From Macrostomum lignano (Eukaryota), in the NCBI GenBank assembly GCA_002269645.1, contig NIVC01000342.1:248001-312000 (forward strand): a stretch of DNA of 64,000 nt. The letters are read 5' to 3'. The position numbers and the translations under genes are program-made. The notes beneath the pieces were generated by a model. That model was not told the origin of the DNA and did not search any database. It saw nothing but the letters and a program-made list of their open reading frames with translations. How positions within the stretch are numbered: the first letter of the stretch is position 1; the number at the start of each line of letters is the position of its first letter. Shown here piece by piece: positions 14,701 through 27,489 of this stretch.

Positions 14701-15712
14701 AAAATGGCCGAAACATTTGCCTTTTTTCATCAACTACATGTTAGTCCGTCCACTGCTTGACTCTTGCTTGAGTTGCCTAATGCCTCTCCAGCTATGTGGG
14801 AAGTTCTTGCATAAAATATGATAATGTGCTGTTGGCTGGTAATACTGAGAGAGAGGCAAATGATTGATGATGTCTTTCGTGCCCCAGCTGTTGCTCTAAA
14901 CTAACTAATACCGCAGTTAAGATTTGCCCGGGAATTTTCTACTCTCATAGACTGCACTATATGCTACCGCCTCGCTTCCTAGGGGTGGTGGATAATTCTC
15001 CCAATAAGCCGGCCTGCACTCAGTTTCTGGGGGGGGGGGGGTTGAGCATTGCTATAGTCGTTGGCATGAGTTTATTTGCTTCCCGGCACCCTAATTCGCG
15101 CGCTTGTATTAGTCCAAGGTCTTTTCCTATGCCGGCACGGCCTCCCCAACCCTTGCGGGAGGACATGAAATTAGTTAGAGCAGCCAATATATCACTTGCT
15201 CCCAGGCCATCCCAGCCCCCTACATCCTCCATGATGCGACTATGCTGCAGTGCATTGCTTGCTTATATTGCCACTGACGCTAATCCGATGCTAACTTTTC
15301 AGTTTGGCAATATTAGCTGGCTACTAGAGGCTTTACCGATCTGAGCACTCACTCGGGCTATAGGAGAGGAGTAGAGCTAGACAGCTTCCGCCATGGCTAT
15401 GATGCAGCGCCCGCCGAGCAGTCATGGATCAGAATCCCGATCAGGATGATGCCTCTCTCTGCCAGTCTGCCCCACCCCATCTCTCCCTTCCTGGCATTCT
15501 AATTAATCACTCGAAATATTTCGGTTTCCATTTCTCTGTGAAGCTCGTTCGATATCCCCCCTCTCTCTTGATCTTTTTATTACTCGCCTGTCTTGCCGAC
15601 TGATTGAGAAGATTAGTATTTGCATCGTCAGCTAATAAGTTCAATCAGCGAAGTAGATCTATGCATGCACGCGATGTAAAACCAGCTAGTTTACAATTGA
15701 TACTGGAACGAA

Positions 15713-16035
15713 GGCCGTAGCCCAGTGGTCTGGCGCGGCGCTCTGACGTGCCAGCGGCCCAGGCTCGATTCCAAGTGCAGTCACATTAATTTGGGGCTAA
15801 ATTGGAATCTCAGCTTGGCTCTGCTCGTGCAATTAACGGCCTAGAAGGCCAACCCCCAAGGCACAGTGAAGTGTACATGCCTAACGATAAAAAGTTAGGT
15901 CCGCTGTACCTGAGTGTGTGCCTGTGCGTATGACTGCGTACGTATCTACTCGCTTGTGTGCCTGCTCAGGGGAGTCGGCGGAATGGGCAGCAATGCCTCT
16001 CGCCGGTTGTGTGACAATGTCGCTTAAAGTGCGCC
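15713..16035 (+). mobile_element. tRNA-derived SINE, family B (most complete copy)
   Basis: A-box-like TAGCCCAGTGG and B-box-like GGCTCGATTCC; body motifs CACATTAATTTGG, CCCAAGGCACAG and AAGTGTACATG recur at about 24800, 38795 and 50231. Confidence 0.6.
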
Positions 16036-16775
16036 AGGGTGCTCACAGCCCCTGTCTCTAGGAGCGCATTCCTCTATGCAATGACCGCTGCTCAAGACTT
16101 CCTTTGAGAAAAACTATTGAAAAAAAGCACACAAAAAAGTGAAAGCAATGAGCTCTGCTTCAATTCTTCCTTCTTGGCTTAGTTAATCTGACCGACTTTG
16201 GACTTAGCCGAAGTGACAGCTAATCTAGATCTGCCGGCAGCTAATTTCCATTGCTGCGCGCAGACAGCCAGCGGATCTGCTTCTCTTTCTCATCGTGCAG
16301 CTTTGCTGGACAGATTTGCAGATTTCCCCTCTTTCCATACCTCTGCCAGCTGTTGCTAATTTTGTCCAGAAGACGTCTCCAAGCCGTGTATAGGGGGTGA
16401 GGCAGCACCATGCTGATTGAGCCCTGCCCTAGCATTCTTGCAAAGTACACACTTGCATTTAGAGAGTAAAAATTAACATAGCGCTTGTAATGCTTGCGTC
16501 ATCTTTTAAGTCAGCCACTGTGTAAGAGCGGAATGGCAAATTAAACTGAGAGCTCCAGGGCTCGCCCTGCTGTGATAGGGTAGCAGCTGCAGTAGAAATA
16601 CAGAGTACGGTGGGGGGCTGCGACCCAGCACCCAGTCTCAGCACTGTACAGTTAGTCACCCTGCAACGTATCTCTAGCTCTAGCTTAAACTTAAAGTACA
16701 CACGAGCTTGACTTCAACTCAATGTTTGAATTCTTTCAGCCTACGAAATCAGACGGACGAACCTCGAGTGACGCG

Positions 16776-19700
16776 ATGAAGCACCGCTGGCAGCTGGCAG
16801 CCACTATCCTAGCCTTTCCGCTGGTGCAGCTGCTGCTCAATGTTGACAGCTCCTTTGCCAACATCAGCAATTGCGGAATGTGCGTCTGCGACCGGTACAC
16901 CCTGACATGCGACTTTGAAAAGGCTCAGGACAAGCTGACGGGCAGTGTGCACCTGGGGAAGCTGATTCCCACGCAGTCGGAGCTGGAGGCCCTGAATCTG
17001 CAGTCCAACAGTTTCGAGGAGCTCTACGTGAACTGCAAGAACACTCCGAAGATGACTGAGCAGCGGCTCAGCCGTGACCTCTTAGCTCGCTTCTCCAACC
17101 TGAAGAAGGTCATCATTGTGCGCTGCGACCTGCGGACAATCGATCCGGACGCTTTGGAGGGCCTGAGCCGGCTGGAGGAGTTCGACGCCAGCGACAACAG
17201 CCTGCGCCAGCTGCCGGATCGAATGTTCGGCCGGTTGACGATGAAGCAGGTGAAGCTGAGCGAGAATCGCGAATTGCAGCTCAATAATTCGCTGGCGTTC
17301 GAAGGCGTCACCCTGCGGCAGCTCATCCTGTCCAAGTGTCAGCTGACCGAGTTTCCCACCTTTGCTCTGCTCAAAATCCAAGGCTTGAAGGAGTTGACTC
17401 TCTCAGAGAATCAGATTAGTCTGGTGCCCAGTGCTGCTCAACCGCTCGTCACCAGACTGACCGTGTTCTACCTGGACGGCAATCCGCTGCAATGCACCTG
17501 CGCCAACCGATGGCTGCGCGAATCAGTCAGCTGGGAGTTGGTGTCCCCGGCGGCCATGCGGGTAATTTCATTTGTGATCAACTTGTTTAATACTCACCCA
17601 TGGGTTCCTTCCCATAGAGGCCTTCCATCCCACGAGGGCCAGCCCCCGCCTGAGGGGGGTTGTAGCCAGAGGGGATTGTAGCCAGAGGGGGTTGTAGCCT
17701 AGTCGTTAGAGCGTCAGACTTACGAATGAAAAGGTCGGGGGTTCGATTCTCGACCCACTTGGAACAAATTGTGTCCTTGAGCAAGACACTTAACTCTGCA
17801 TTGCTTCAATTCACCCAGCTGTTAAATGGGTGCCAGCATTAGCTGGGGTATTTGAGGGTGCGTGTGGCGACCCCCCAGTCCTTGGACTGAACAGCCGTAC
17901 GCAGCCTTCAGATGCGGCGCGCAATAGCTGCGGCTGAGCTGTCGGCTGCACATCTGGCTATTGGGGCAGGTGTAATTAATTATTGTTATTATTATTATCA
18001 CCATTATTACTGCCTGACGATTCGAAAGACAGGGCCGCTGTACACTTTGTGTGAGCGTGTGCGGCGGAGGGCCTGACTGCTTGCAGCAGTTTCCCGAATC
18101 CCCGGTGCAAAACCAACTACCCGTGGTGGCCTGATGCTGATCACACGCGTTTTCATGAACACAATTAGTGACTCAAAAACTCCCTCTTCTACCTGCAGAG
18201 TTTTGCAGCTCCTAGACATTGACACTCTTGACCTAAGCCCCCTCTTCGCCATGCACAAACATGCATTACGCTCGTACCTTTGTAAAAACTAGCAAGTCAG
18301 TCAGGTGGACCCAGAAGCTGGACAGATTCACGAAACCCACAGCTACCCATATCCCAGCTTCTTTGTTCGCGATTGAGAGCTTCTGAGTGCTCATCTGACC
18401 TTGCCATGTAAATTCTCTCACCAATTTGATGGAGTCAACGAGCTTTTGCCTCCAGTTGCTTCTTTTCTTTGTTCTTATTGAGCCTCAGCTTCATCAACTC
18501 AACCTGCGTCCAGATTCCGGGTCAGAGTGGTCTCATCTCATCCACATCTGCTCTCTCAATATACTCAGGGTGTGCAAAAAACTGGAGGGCGGCAAAATCT
18601 TTATTACGCTCGTAGACTCGTAGGATTTGGTCGGCTTGTTATTTTTTATCTAGGAAATAAGTAGATTACAGTTTTTTTATCTGAACACGCATCCGTCATC
18701 CACCTGAGCCTGCGAGACGTGAACACAGTAAACTAGGAGTAGTTTGTGAGCATGCACAGTCCGAGTGTGGTGAATTCAGAGTCTAAATACTGTCCGAGTC
18801 TATATAGTCTCCGAGTCTATATAGTGTCCGAGTCTAGAGTGCCCAAGTCTATATGGTGTCCGAGTCTATATAGTGTCCGATTCTAGTGTCCGAGTCTATA
18901 TAGTGTCCGAGTCTATATAGTGTCCGAATCTAGGTGTCCGAGTCTATATAGTGTACGAATCTAGAGTGTCCGAGTCTAAAGTGTCCGAGTCTAAAGTGTC
19001 CGAGTCTAAGATTGTCCGGGTCTATATAGTGTCCAAGTCTAAGAGTGTCTGAGTCTATAGAGTGCCCGAGTCTAGTGTCTGAGTCCATTGTGTCCGAGTA
19101 TAGGGAAGCTGAGTCTTTAGAGTGTCCAAGTCTAGAGTTTCTGAGGTCTAGATTGTCTGAGTCTATATAGTGTCCGAGTCTGTCCGATTCCTGGGTTTTC
19201 AGATCTTAATTTGTGTGCCCTTCATATTAACTGCATCTCAGAGTCTATAAAAGCTTACTAACATCCACATCTACAGAAGTCGAAGCTGCCCACCTGCAAG
19301 TCACCTTTCAATCTGATGGACATCGAGCTCACTAAGATCGAGCCGTCCCGCTTTCTCTGCCCGCCGCCGCGCATCGCCAGCGTCGACCTGCAGCTCGGCC
19401 AGGACTCGGCCAGCCTCAGCTGCCTGGCCGACAGACGCGAGGACGGCAGCCCCCTGGACTGGTTCTTCGACTCCAGCCGACTGCCAATTCACAGCGGCTT
19501 CGCTTTCCAACGCCTTGTTCGTCGAGTCGCCAACCTGGACAGCCAACGACTCGCTGTCCGGGTGGCCGACTCTGCCGGACAGTCGGCCCAGCTCAACCTG
19601 ACGATCATCTGGCCGCCGCCGCAACCGCCGCAGCCGCCACAGCCGCCACTGCCGACGTTGCCGCTGCCGGGCGAGGCGCCGAGCGGTGGCGACGCGGCGA

Positions 19701-20194
19701 TACCGGAGAAGCCGACTGGGCGGCGAGGCGGCAGCGCCGCGGCGAGCGACAATGACAAGCAGTTCACCCTGCTGGAGATGATCATAGCCGTGATTGGAAC
19801 CTTCATGTCCACCAGCCTGATCTTCATGCTCTCCTGCCAGTTCGTGCGCTGGTATAAGCGGCGCGACAAGAAACTGTGGGCAACCTACGTCCACCAGCAC
19901 CAGCTGCCCCACCCGCAGCAGCACCAGCCGCTGCCGCAGCACCCGCACCAGGCGCCGTACTCGGCAACCTACAGCTACAACACTCACCAGCCTTCGTCGC
20001 ACGAGTACGACGTGCCAAGAATTGACCAGCCCTGCCTGCCAAAGCCGCCGCCGCCTTCGCAGACGCTGCCGTCGGGCATGGGCGTTGGCGGCAACGGCGT
20101 CGGCGGCGGCAGCGGCTGCGGCGGCAGCAGCATGAGCAGCAGCGACAGAGAATTCCTCGACTTCAACAATCCCAGATTGATGTACAATGTCTGA
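16776..20194 (+). CDS. LRR + Ig-like single-pass transmembrane protein (LIG / Kekkon / LINGO / LRIT-like architecture), about 567 aa; exons 16776-17561 and 19277-20194
   Basis: Signal peptide MKHRWQLAATILAFPLVQLLL; LRRNT CGMCVC; LxxLxLxxN repeats; LRRCT GNPLQCTC..W completed across a phase-0 GT-AG intron by KSKLPTCKSP..FLCPPP; Ig-like region, Pro stalk, TM LLEMIIAVIGTFMSTSLIFML, RWYKRR stop-transfer, Tyr/Pro-rich tail. Confidence 0.9.
17687..18005 (+). mobile_element. tRNA-derived SINE, family A (CORE/Meta-like central domain), intronic
   Basis: A box TAGCCTAGTCG, B box GGTTCGATTC, GTGTCCTTGAGCAAGACACTTAAC..CCCAGCTGTTAAATGGG central domain, (ATT)n tail; four more copies in the window. Confidence 0.92.
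18790..19185. repeat. Degenerate ~17-bp minisatellite (GTCCGAGTCTATATAGT) in the LRR gene intron
   Basis: Seen directly. Confidence 0.9.
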
Positions 20195-21789
20195 CAGCGT
20201 TCCCACTGATTGTGCATTGGCTCGACTTGAGTTTTCTCATTCATGCTTGTAGTCTTGCCCGATCGAACAGCCTGATTTAGATTCTACAGTGTATTCGTAT
20301 TTCAGAATTGTTAACTTTGGTCAGCTTTGTTGTTACAAAGACGCTTTTTGTATCGATTGCTTCTGCTGTGCTTTCGGACTGGCAAAACTTTCATTCAGAA
20401 GCAGAGACAGCTTGAACTCCTGCCTGCCCATCAGCAGAGGTCTCGCTTATTGAATTGGGTTCCCACCGCGATGGGGAAGTGAAAAAAATGTCTCCAGCAT
20501 CCCCAGTCTGCGCCAGATAAGAATCAGCTGGTCCTCCGGAGAAGCAGTGGGGGGGCAGTTCTTCAAACCAGCAAGAGCTCCCATCAATCCATGCATCTTT
20601 AATGATCCGCCTCCCTCCGGGATGCCTATCGTGCCTTTTTCGCTCAGCTTCAGGACCCATCGCGCCTATCAACGGCGCTTAGATGGAACAAAGACTAGTA
20701 AGAAAGTTAGTCTCTGTCCCGCAGTATCTTAGCAGGTTGATTGACTGATGCCTGTCCGCCAGCAGAGGCAGCGAGTCTTTATATAACTTTTCAATTTTCC
20801 TTTCCGTTTGCGCAGTTGGCTTGCCTAATTCTTGCTTCTATAAATAGTCTGCTCTCTGTCGTTTTTATTAGAAACAAAACGCGCTGGGGCCGCTTTTTTG
20901 TTATTATTTTTCCAACCGTTTAGTTTTTGGAATTTTTGTTATTGTGTTGACGCCCCTCCGCCCCGCTACCCTGGAGTCGCTTTCATCAAAATCTTGATTG
21001 CTGTGCGCGAGAATTGTTCAAGTTCGCCAGTTCGCTCACCTTTGCTTCTATTCGCGTCCTGTCACCAAGCCTGTGTTTCGTTTTGCTTGCCTCTGCCCCG
21101 ATGCAGCTCTTGCATCAGCTTTGAAGTATTGCTTATATATGACCCCCTTCCATCCTGTTTGTTTAATTAATACCTGGACTTGTGACCTGTCCGTCTGTCT
21201 TAACGGTTAACCACAGTCTGGAGTTACCAAAGTCTCCCTAAACAAGCCTCATCTGTCATACGCTTAAAGTTGTTCAATTTGCACACTAACTAGGCTGACG
21301 TGTGCACCTCCTTTGGTCTGGTCTTGCCCGTTTAAAAGAATGAATTCACGAAAACTCTAGCGAGTCTGTCCCCTCCTCCAAGTTTTGATTGATATATTTT
21401 GATGACAAAACTTTGTAAATTGTAATTTTTTACGCGTCCTACTTGTAGCTTTAAAGTTGCTACTGACTGTTATTGCATTGGAATTTGTAATGCAGTTGAT
21501 CTATATTGATTGTACAGAACAAAGTAATATATTAGCAAGAAAAAAGTATTCCTGCACACGAATATGCGTGAGATTTTCCATACATTGTGAACCTTCTTAC
21601 AGACGTGCTCTCTCTCTTGTTTGTATCTTTTTTTGCCAGCTGAAAAAATGGTACACAGTCGGGATATTTCACTAACACTGACTGCAGCCTGCAGGTGCTA
21701 TTTTCGATTGGCGGTGCGCAACACACTAAGAGAATTGTTTACAGATTACTTCACACGGGTGTTGTTCACAACGATATCTAAATTTTGTG

Positions 21790-23010
21790 AGGCGAGTGTA
21801 GATTCTAGGACCGGTGAGGCGAGTGTACATTCTATTACCTGTGAGGAGAGTGTACATTCTAGGACCGGTGAGGAGACAGTACATTCTAGGACCTGTGAGG
21901 AGACAGTACATTCTAGGACTGGTGAGGGGGCTGTACATTCTAGGACCAGTGATGAGAGTGTACATTCTAGGATCGGTGAGGAGAGTGTACATTCTAGGAC
22001 CGGTTAGGCGAGTGTACTTTCTAGGACCGGTTAGGCGAGTGTACATTCTAGGACCGGTGATGAGAGTGTACATTCTAGGATCGGTGAGGAGAGTGTACAT
22101 TCTAGGACCGGTTAGGCGAGTGTACTTTCTAGGACCGGTTAGGCAAGTGTACATTCTAGGACCGGTGATGAGAGTGTACATTCTAGGACCGGTGAGGCGA
22201 GTGTACTTTCTAGGACCGGTGAGGCGAGTGTACATTCTAGGACCGGTGAGGAGAGTGCACATTCTTAGGACCGGTGAGGAGAGTGCACATTCTAGGACCG
22301 GTGAGGAGAGTGCACATTCTAGGATCGGTGAGGAGAGTGTACATTCTATAACCGGTGAGGAGAGTGCACATCCTAGGACCGGTGAGGAGAGTGTACATTC
22401 TATAACCGGTGAGGAGAGTGTACATTCTATAACCGGTGAGGAGAGTGTACATTCTATAACCGGTGAGGAGAGTGTACATTCTAGGACCGGTTAGGCGAGT
22501 GTACATTCTAGGACCGGTGATGAGAGTGTACATTCTAGGACCGGTGAGGCGAGTGTACTTTCTAGGACCGGTGAGGAGAGTGTACATTCTAGGACCGGTG
22601 ATGAGAGTGTACATTTTAGGACCGGTGAGACGAGTGTACATTTTAGGACCGGTGAGGAGAGTGTACATTCTAGGACCGGTGAGGCGAGTGTACTTTCTAG
22701 GACCGGTTAGGCGAGTGTACATTCTAGGACCGGTGAGGCGAGTGTACATTCTAGGACCGGTGAGGAGAGTGCACATTCTTAGGACCGGTGAGGAGAGTGC
22801 ACATTCTAGGACCGGTGAGGAGAGTGCACATCCTAGGACCGGTGAGGAGAGTGTACATTCTAGGACCGGTGAGGAGAGTGTACATTCTAGGACCGGTGAG
22901 GAGAGTGCACATTCTAGGATCGGTGAGGAGAGTGTACATTCTAGGACCGGTGAGGAGAGTGTACATTCTAGGACCGGTGAGGAGAGTGTACATTCTAGGA
23001 CCGGTGAGGA
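21790..23010. repeat. 27-bp minisatellite (GAGGAGAGTGTACATTCTAGGACCGGT), about 45 units
   Basis: Seen directly. Confidence 0.97.
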
Positions 23011-23830
23011 GATTGTAGTCACCACAAGCTGTGAAGCTGTTGTACAATCTAGAACCCACTGGGCCACTGCAAACTATTATGTTCATCTACAAGTCAATGC
23101 GAAGGCTGCATGACAGGCCCTTGTACGTGCAGCATATTAAGGGATTGCGGAAAACCAGCTAGACTAGAAAATGGACAAGACTGAGGAACAGAAAAAACTC
23201 AAACGGAAAAATGTTCCTCACGCTCCTGCCTTGCGTTGTAGAAATTTCAAGCCTGGCCTCTCCTAGTCTAGTCCGGCAAATCCCAAAGTCTGATCTGAGG
23301 AATTCCGACAGATTCTTACCCATTAATCTTCCCTAGGAATCCCAACGGTGCAGCCTCTTTTATTCTCCATCACCTTCGGCCTAAGAAATTCTGACCGCGT
23401 CAGTTTTGTGGCGTTCAGCGGCCGGAATCTCCGCGAAACACGACGGACCAGATGCCGCCTGCCAGTCTCCTCCGCTCGCCGATCTTTCCTCCCGATCGGC
23501 AACATCCGGTAGGTAAGGGGAGCGCGAACAGCTAGGGGAGGGGATTAACTTCCTACGGACAATTATCCGCTAGGAATGCCGCAGACCCGGCCGAGGGGTG
23601 CGCGAAAATGTTTATGTGCCAAACTTGCAAGCGTCAGTTGGCGTGCGAGATTTCAATAGAAGAAGTGCCACAGGAGATCATGCGAGATGCTCGGCATTTA
23701 TATAGGCGCGTATCGGTTTAAGAGCGCCTCGAACTGGAACTGGCCGCGCACTTTTATAAGCTGTGGCATCAAGAGCTTCCATATAATGGAAGGTTACGAG
23801 CGTAATATGAAGCGAGAATTTCGAGACCAT

Positions 23831-24023
23831 GGGCCGTATGCAGAAAGCTCTGTCTAGGGTAGTCCGGTCTTGAAAAGCTAGTCTGGACTTGGATTTGGTA
23901 TGCAGAAACGCAAGTTAGACCGGTCTACTATAGACAGAACTAGGGTAGCTAGACCATAGACTATAGACTGAACTACCCAAGTCCGGACTAGCTAGTCTGG
24001 ACTAAGCTTTCTGCATACGGCCC
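23831..24023. mobile_element. PIF/Harbinger-like MITE, 193 bp
   Basis: Perfect 19-bp TIR GGGCCGTATGCAGAAAGCT; 3-bp TSD CAT at 23828-23830 and 24024-24026. Confidence 0.8.
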
Positions 24024-24794
24024 CATATGGCCATTGATTGAATTGTCTATGGCCGAAACAAACTGGGAAGAAAATGACAATGCGTACACTTCATGTCAAT
24101 GGCCAGTCCCATAGAATGCATTGGTCAAGCAGTTGTCTATGGCCAAAATTGGAGGAAAGACCCCAATTTGCCCTGCAAGAAACTTTCCAAAATTTGAGAA
24201 GTTCGGAGTTGGACTTTGTTTCTGCCACTTCTGCAACCGATCGTCATGACGACGAGTTCGCGGCCTTCTTGAAGTTTATTCAAGAGCCTCCTTTAGGAGA
24301 CTAGCAGTTTGTCATGGCTAGAAGATTAGCCGACACTAGAAAGCAAATGTTCCAGTTTGGACAACGCTTCTAGGAGTTCATGAAGACCGAGAAACAATAA
24401 AATTAGTTATTTCATAATGCGCACCTGTGCGAGGCGCTCCTATGCGGTCATAAAATTGGCAACTGTAAGGATCAAGCCCTTGTCACATTCCAACCGTGCT
24501 CTCAGTCCGGCCTCCCTTCTCTCCGACTCCCTTTCTCTACCTTGCCGAGTCATTCGTGACTCGAGCAAAAGGAAAATCTAAGGCCCTAACTGAAAAAGCC
24601 CTCGAAAAAGCCACACAAAGAGTCAAAGCGATTCGGGACGGGCAAAAAACGATGCAGTGTAGAATCTTTTGCCCAGTGGCCGATGGAACAAAAAGAGAGC
24701 AGAGGGCGAGCAGCTTAATGAGCGGCGCTGGTCCGATGCGCAATGAATGACAGGGTTTGGGAGGAGAAGCCAAGGACACCTGGGGCTAGAATCT

Positions 24795-25010
24795 GGAGCA
24801 CGGCCCCTGGTTCGATTCCGTTCGCGGCCACATTTACGAGTATTTGAGTCTTTTGCACAGAAATTGGCCGGCGGGTTGTCGTGTGATTGACGCCCAAGGC
24901 ACAGAGTCTATTCGTACATATCTGAAGATTAGAAAGTCAGCGACGACGATGTACACCCTGTGTGAGCGTGTCTATGAGTGCGTGCCTGCGTACAGTATCC
25001 CTTAACACTG
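24795..25010 (+). mobile_element. SINE family B, diverged copy
   Basis: B box GGTTCGATTCC; CCCAAGGCACAG and TGTACACCCTGTGTGAGCGTG shared with other copies. Confidence 0.5.
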
Positions 25011-25201
25011 ATCGTGGGATGATGCAACCCTCCTGCTATTTATTCTACCTATTAAAGGCGCTTTTCTGCATCGTCTTAAAAATTACAAACAGGTGAAAAA
25101 GAAAGAAAGAATTGATGAGGCTGACTGAGGATCTGGCACTCCAAATTCTAGTTCAGGCCCCCTTTAACAAAGCTTGGTGAATCCCAAGCCGCCGAGCATA
25201 G

Positions 25202-25237
<36 letters not shown>

Positions 25238-26369
25238 GTCTCTCTCTGTCTACCATCTGGGAAGCGGAAATCAACTTTGACCGAAATTCGACAAGAATCG
25301 CCGTCACAGCAAACCACGCCGTCTCTGTCGATGAGTCTGGCGCTGTCTCAGCGGATATCTGATGCAGCACGCAGAGGCACCTAAAACTCAAGGCCTGGGC
25401 AGAGCAAATTTTGACAGGTCGCATGTCTCAAGCAGTTCCCGGACGTTATTTTATGAAAATCCACTTTGCCACTTAATTTTTTATGTATCAGGTGGCAGGC
25501 GTGGAGGAGAGAGGGACCTTACGTAATAGCTGTACCGGGCCCTTGGACTGTCCCAGACTTCTCCGCAAGCCTGCATACCGTCCGCACCCGCTTGCCTAGA
25601 AATTGGCTATTGGAAATGCTTGAAGACAGTGGACGGCACCTCAGTGTTTCCCTATTAAAAAGTTAGTTTTGAATCGATACTTGGAGTAGGATTGACTCGC
25701 TGATCACAGTGAAGCTAGGGACGCTTCATGGACAAAGCGAATAGCCAGACAGGAAAGACATCAATAAAGGAGGATCGCGGAAGCTAGTTTTACTCCTCGA
25801 GCCGAAATAAAGCCAAGGCGCAAGGAGGAAGAGCATCGTAATAATAAATATAGCTTAGCTCTTTGTTCCGCGAGGCCGATATCCGAGCAGAAAATTGATC
25901 AGCAGATTTTGGGGCACCAGTCTTGGGTAAGAGGGGCAGGATGGAGGAAATCAAGATTGCTGGCGTAAGGGGCAAAGCCAAGCCGCTAATAAAAAGCCAG
26001 ATTATTATGACGGGGGGGGGGGCAATCGGCAAGGTGATACTGATGAGGCGGCTATCAGGAGACTGGGGTGGGGCGCTGGGGTTGAAGGTGGCAATAGAAA
26101 CTGAAATCCTTATCTGCCTTTTCACTCTTACCTCACTGTCTGCCTCCTTTCACTATCCAGGGTTGTGGGGGCCGTTTGGAATTGAAAATTCTCCCTGAAA
26201 CTTCTGCCCTGTAGCTGGCGGCTCCAAAACCTCTTCGCTTCAGTCAAGGACACCTTGAACCAGAATCTGGAATACCGACTCTTCTAACCATCGTATTCAA
26301 GACACGATGTGGCGGAAGTATAGTAAATTTTGCTTGCCTAAAACAATATAATAATAACTATTTATTAAT

Positions 26370-26872
26370 CGACGTTGGGTACGTCGTGTACGTTGGGTAC
26401 GTTGGGTACGTTGGGTACGTCGGGTGCGTCCGGGTATGTTGAGTACGTTGGGTACGTCCGGGTACGTTGGGTACGTCCGGGTATGTTGAGTACGTTGGGT
26501 ACGTCCGGGTATGTTGAGTACGTCGGGTACGTCCGGGTACGTTGGGTACGTCCGGGTACGTTAGGTACGTCCGGGTATGTTGAGTACGTTGGGTACGTCC
26601 GGGTATGTTGAGTACGTCGGGTACTTCCGGGTACGTTGAGTACGTCCGGGTATGTTGAGTACGTCGGGTACGTCCGGGTACGTCCGGGTACGTTGGGTAC
26701 GTCCGGGTATGTTGAGTACGTCGGGTACGTCCGGGTACGTCCGGGTACGTTGGGTACGTCCGGGTATGTTGAGTACGTCGGGTACGTCCGGGTACGTCCG
26801 GGTACGTTGGGTACGTCCGGGTATGTTGAGTACGTCGGGTACGTCCGGGTACGTTGGGTACGCCGGTGGACG
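26370..26872. repeat. 9/10-bp GGGTACGTY(C) satellite with a ~57-bp higher-order unit
   Basis: Seen directly. Confidence 0.95.
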
Positions 26873-27489
26873 TCGGTGGCCATCGGAATATTGCACGGGT
26901 TTGTTAAACCGCCTGCTTGGTAGACTTGATTGATAGACTGAAGGTTTGAAAGCAGAAAAATGTCTACACCAGTGGGAAATGTTGAGCAAAGGGAGAAAGT
27001 GCCGCTCCAGATTTCGGTTCCGAAACCTCTTTGGTTCAGTAACCGAAAGCGTGGCGGTAAACCCTAGTAGGATATATAAAACCTACTGCAATACTTTCTT
27101 CAAGGCATCTCCTTCCATCCAGAGCCTCTTCGCGCACTCCTTGCTGGCCTTTCTTCTGCTGCCCGCGCAGCCACGCTAATGGGGAGGCTCCGGTAAAAGA
27201 AATTGTAGAAAGAAGCGATGAATTCTGGAATTCTTACTTTCTAGCTTCGCTTCTGGCCAAAGCTGCATTTTCCTATTTCAGTTGGTCAGCCTTCAGCTTT
27301 CAGCCCTTCAACTTATAAGTTGGCCTTCATTTTGGCTTGCTTCCATTCAACCAGCTAGAACGGATAACTGCTGGGTTCTGCACTTTCTATCAGGGTTTCA
27401 TAATTCAGGGGCTGTTCTTGATGCTCTTAAATAAGTGTTACGCTTCCAGAATGTTTTTTATTCAGCAGGTGTTTGTCCCCTCCCTTCCT

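Noticed and set aside
16722-16775. Upstream ATG at 16722 as the LRR gene start, and read-through to 17681
   Set aside because: TTCTTTCAG just downstream is a good splice acceptor and the signal peptide begins at Met 16776; LRRCT is completed only by splicing at 17561
17687-17760. tRNA genes at SINE heads (also 35165, 38823, 44817, 15713)
   Set aside because: Acceptor and anticodon stems do not pair fully, and each continues into a shared SINE body and tail
19301-20206. Antisense and alternative-frame ORFs over GC-rich exons (also 51335-52012, 52585-53163, 58242-59607, 60607-62026)
   Set aside because: Shadows of GC-rich coding sequence on the other strand or frame; no recognisable domains
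21790-23010. CRISPR-like appearance of the 27-40-bp repeats
   Set aside because: Units are head-to-tail with no unique spacers, there are no cas genes, and the context is eukaryotic and intronic
24560-24700. Pipsqueak/pogo HTH resemblance (LTEKALEKA..AIRDGQKTM)
   Set aside because: The recognition helix motif IPxxTL is absent and there is no downstream DDE; too weak to call
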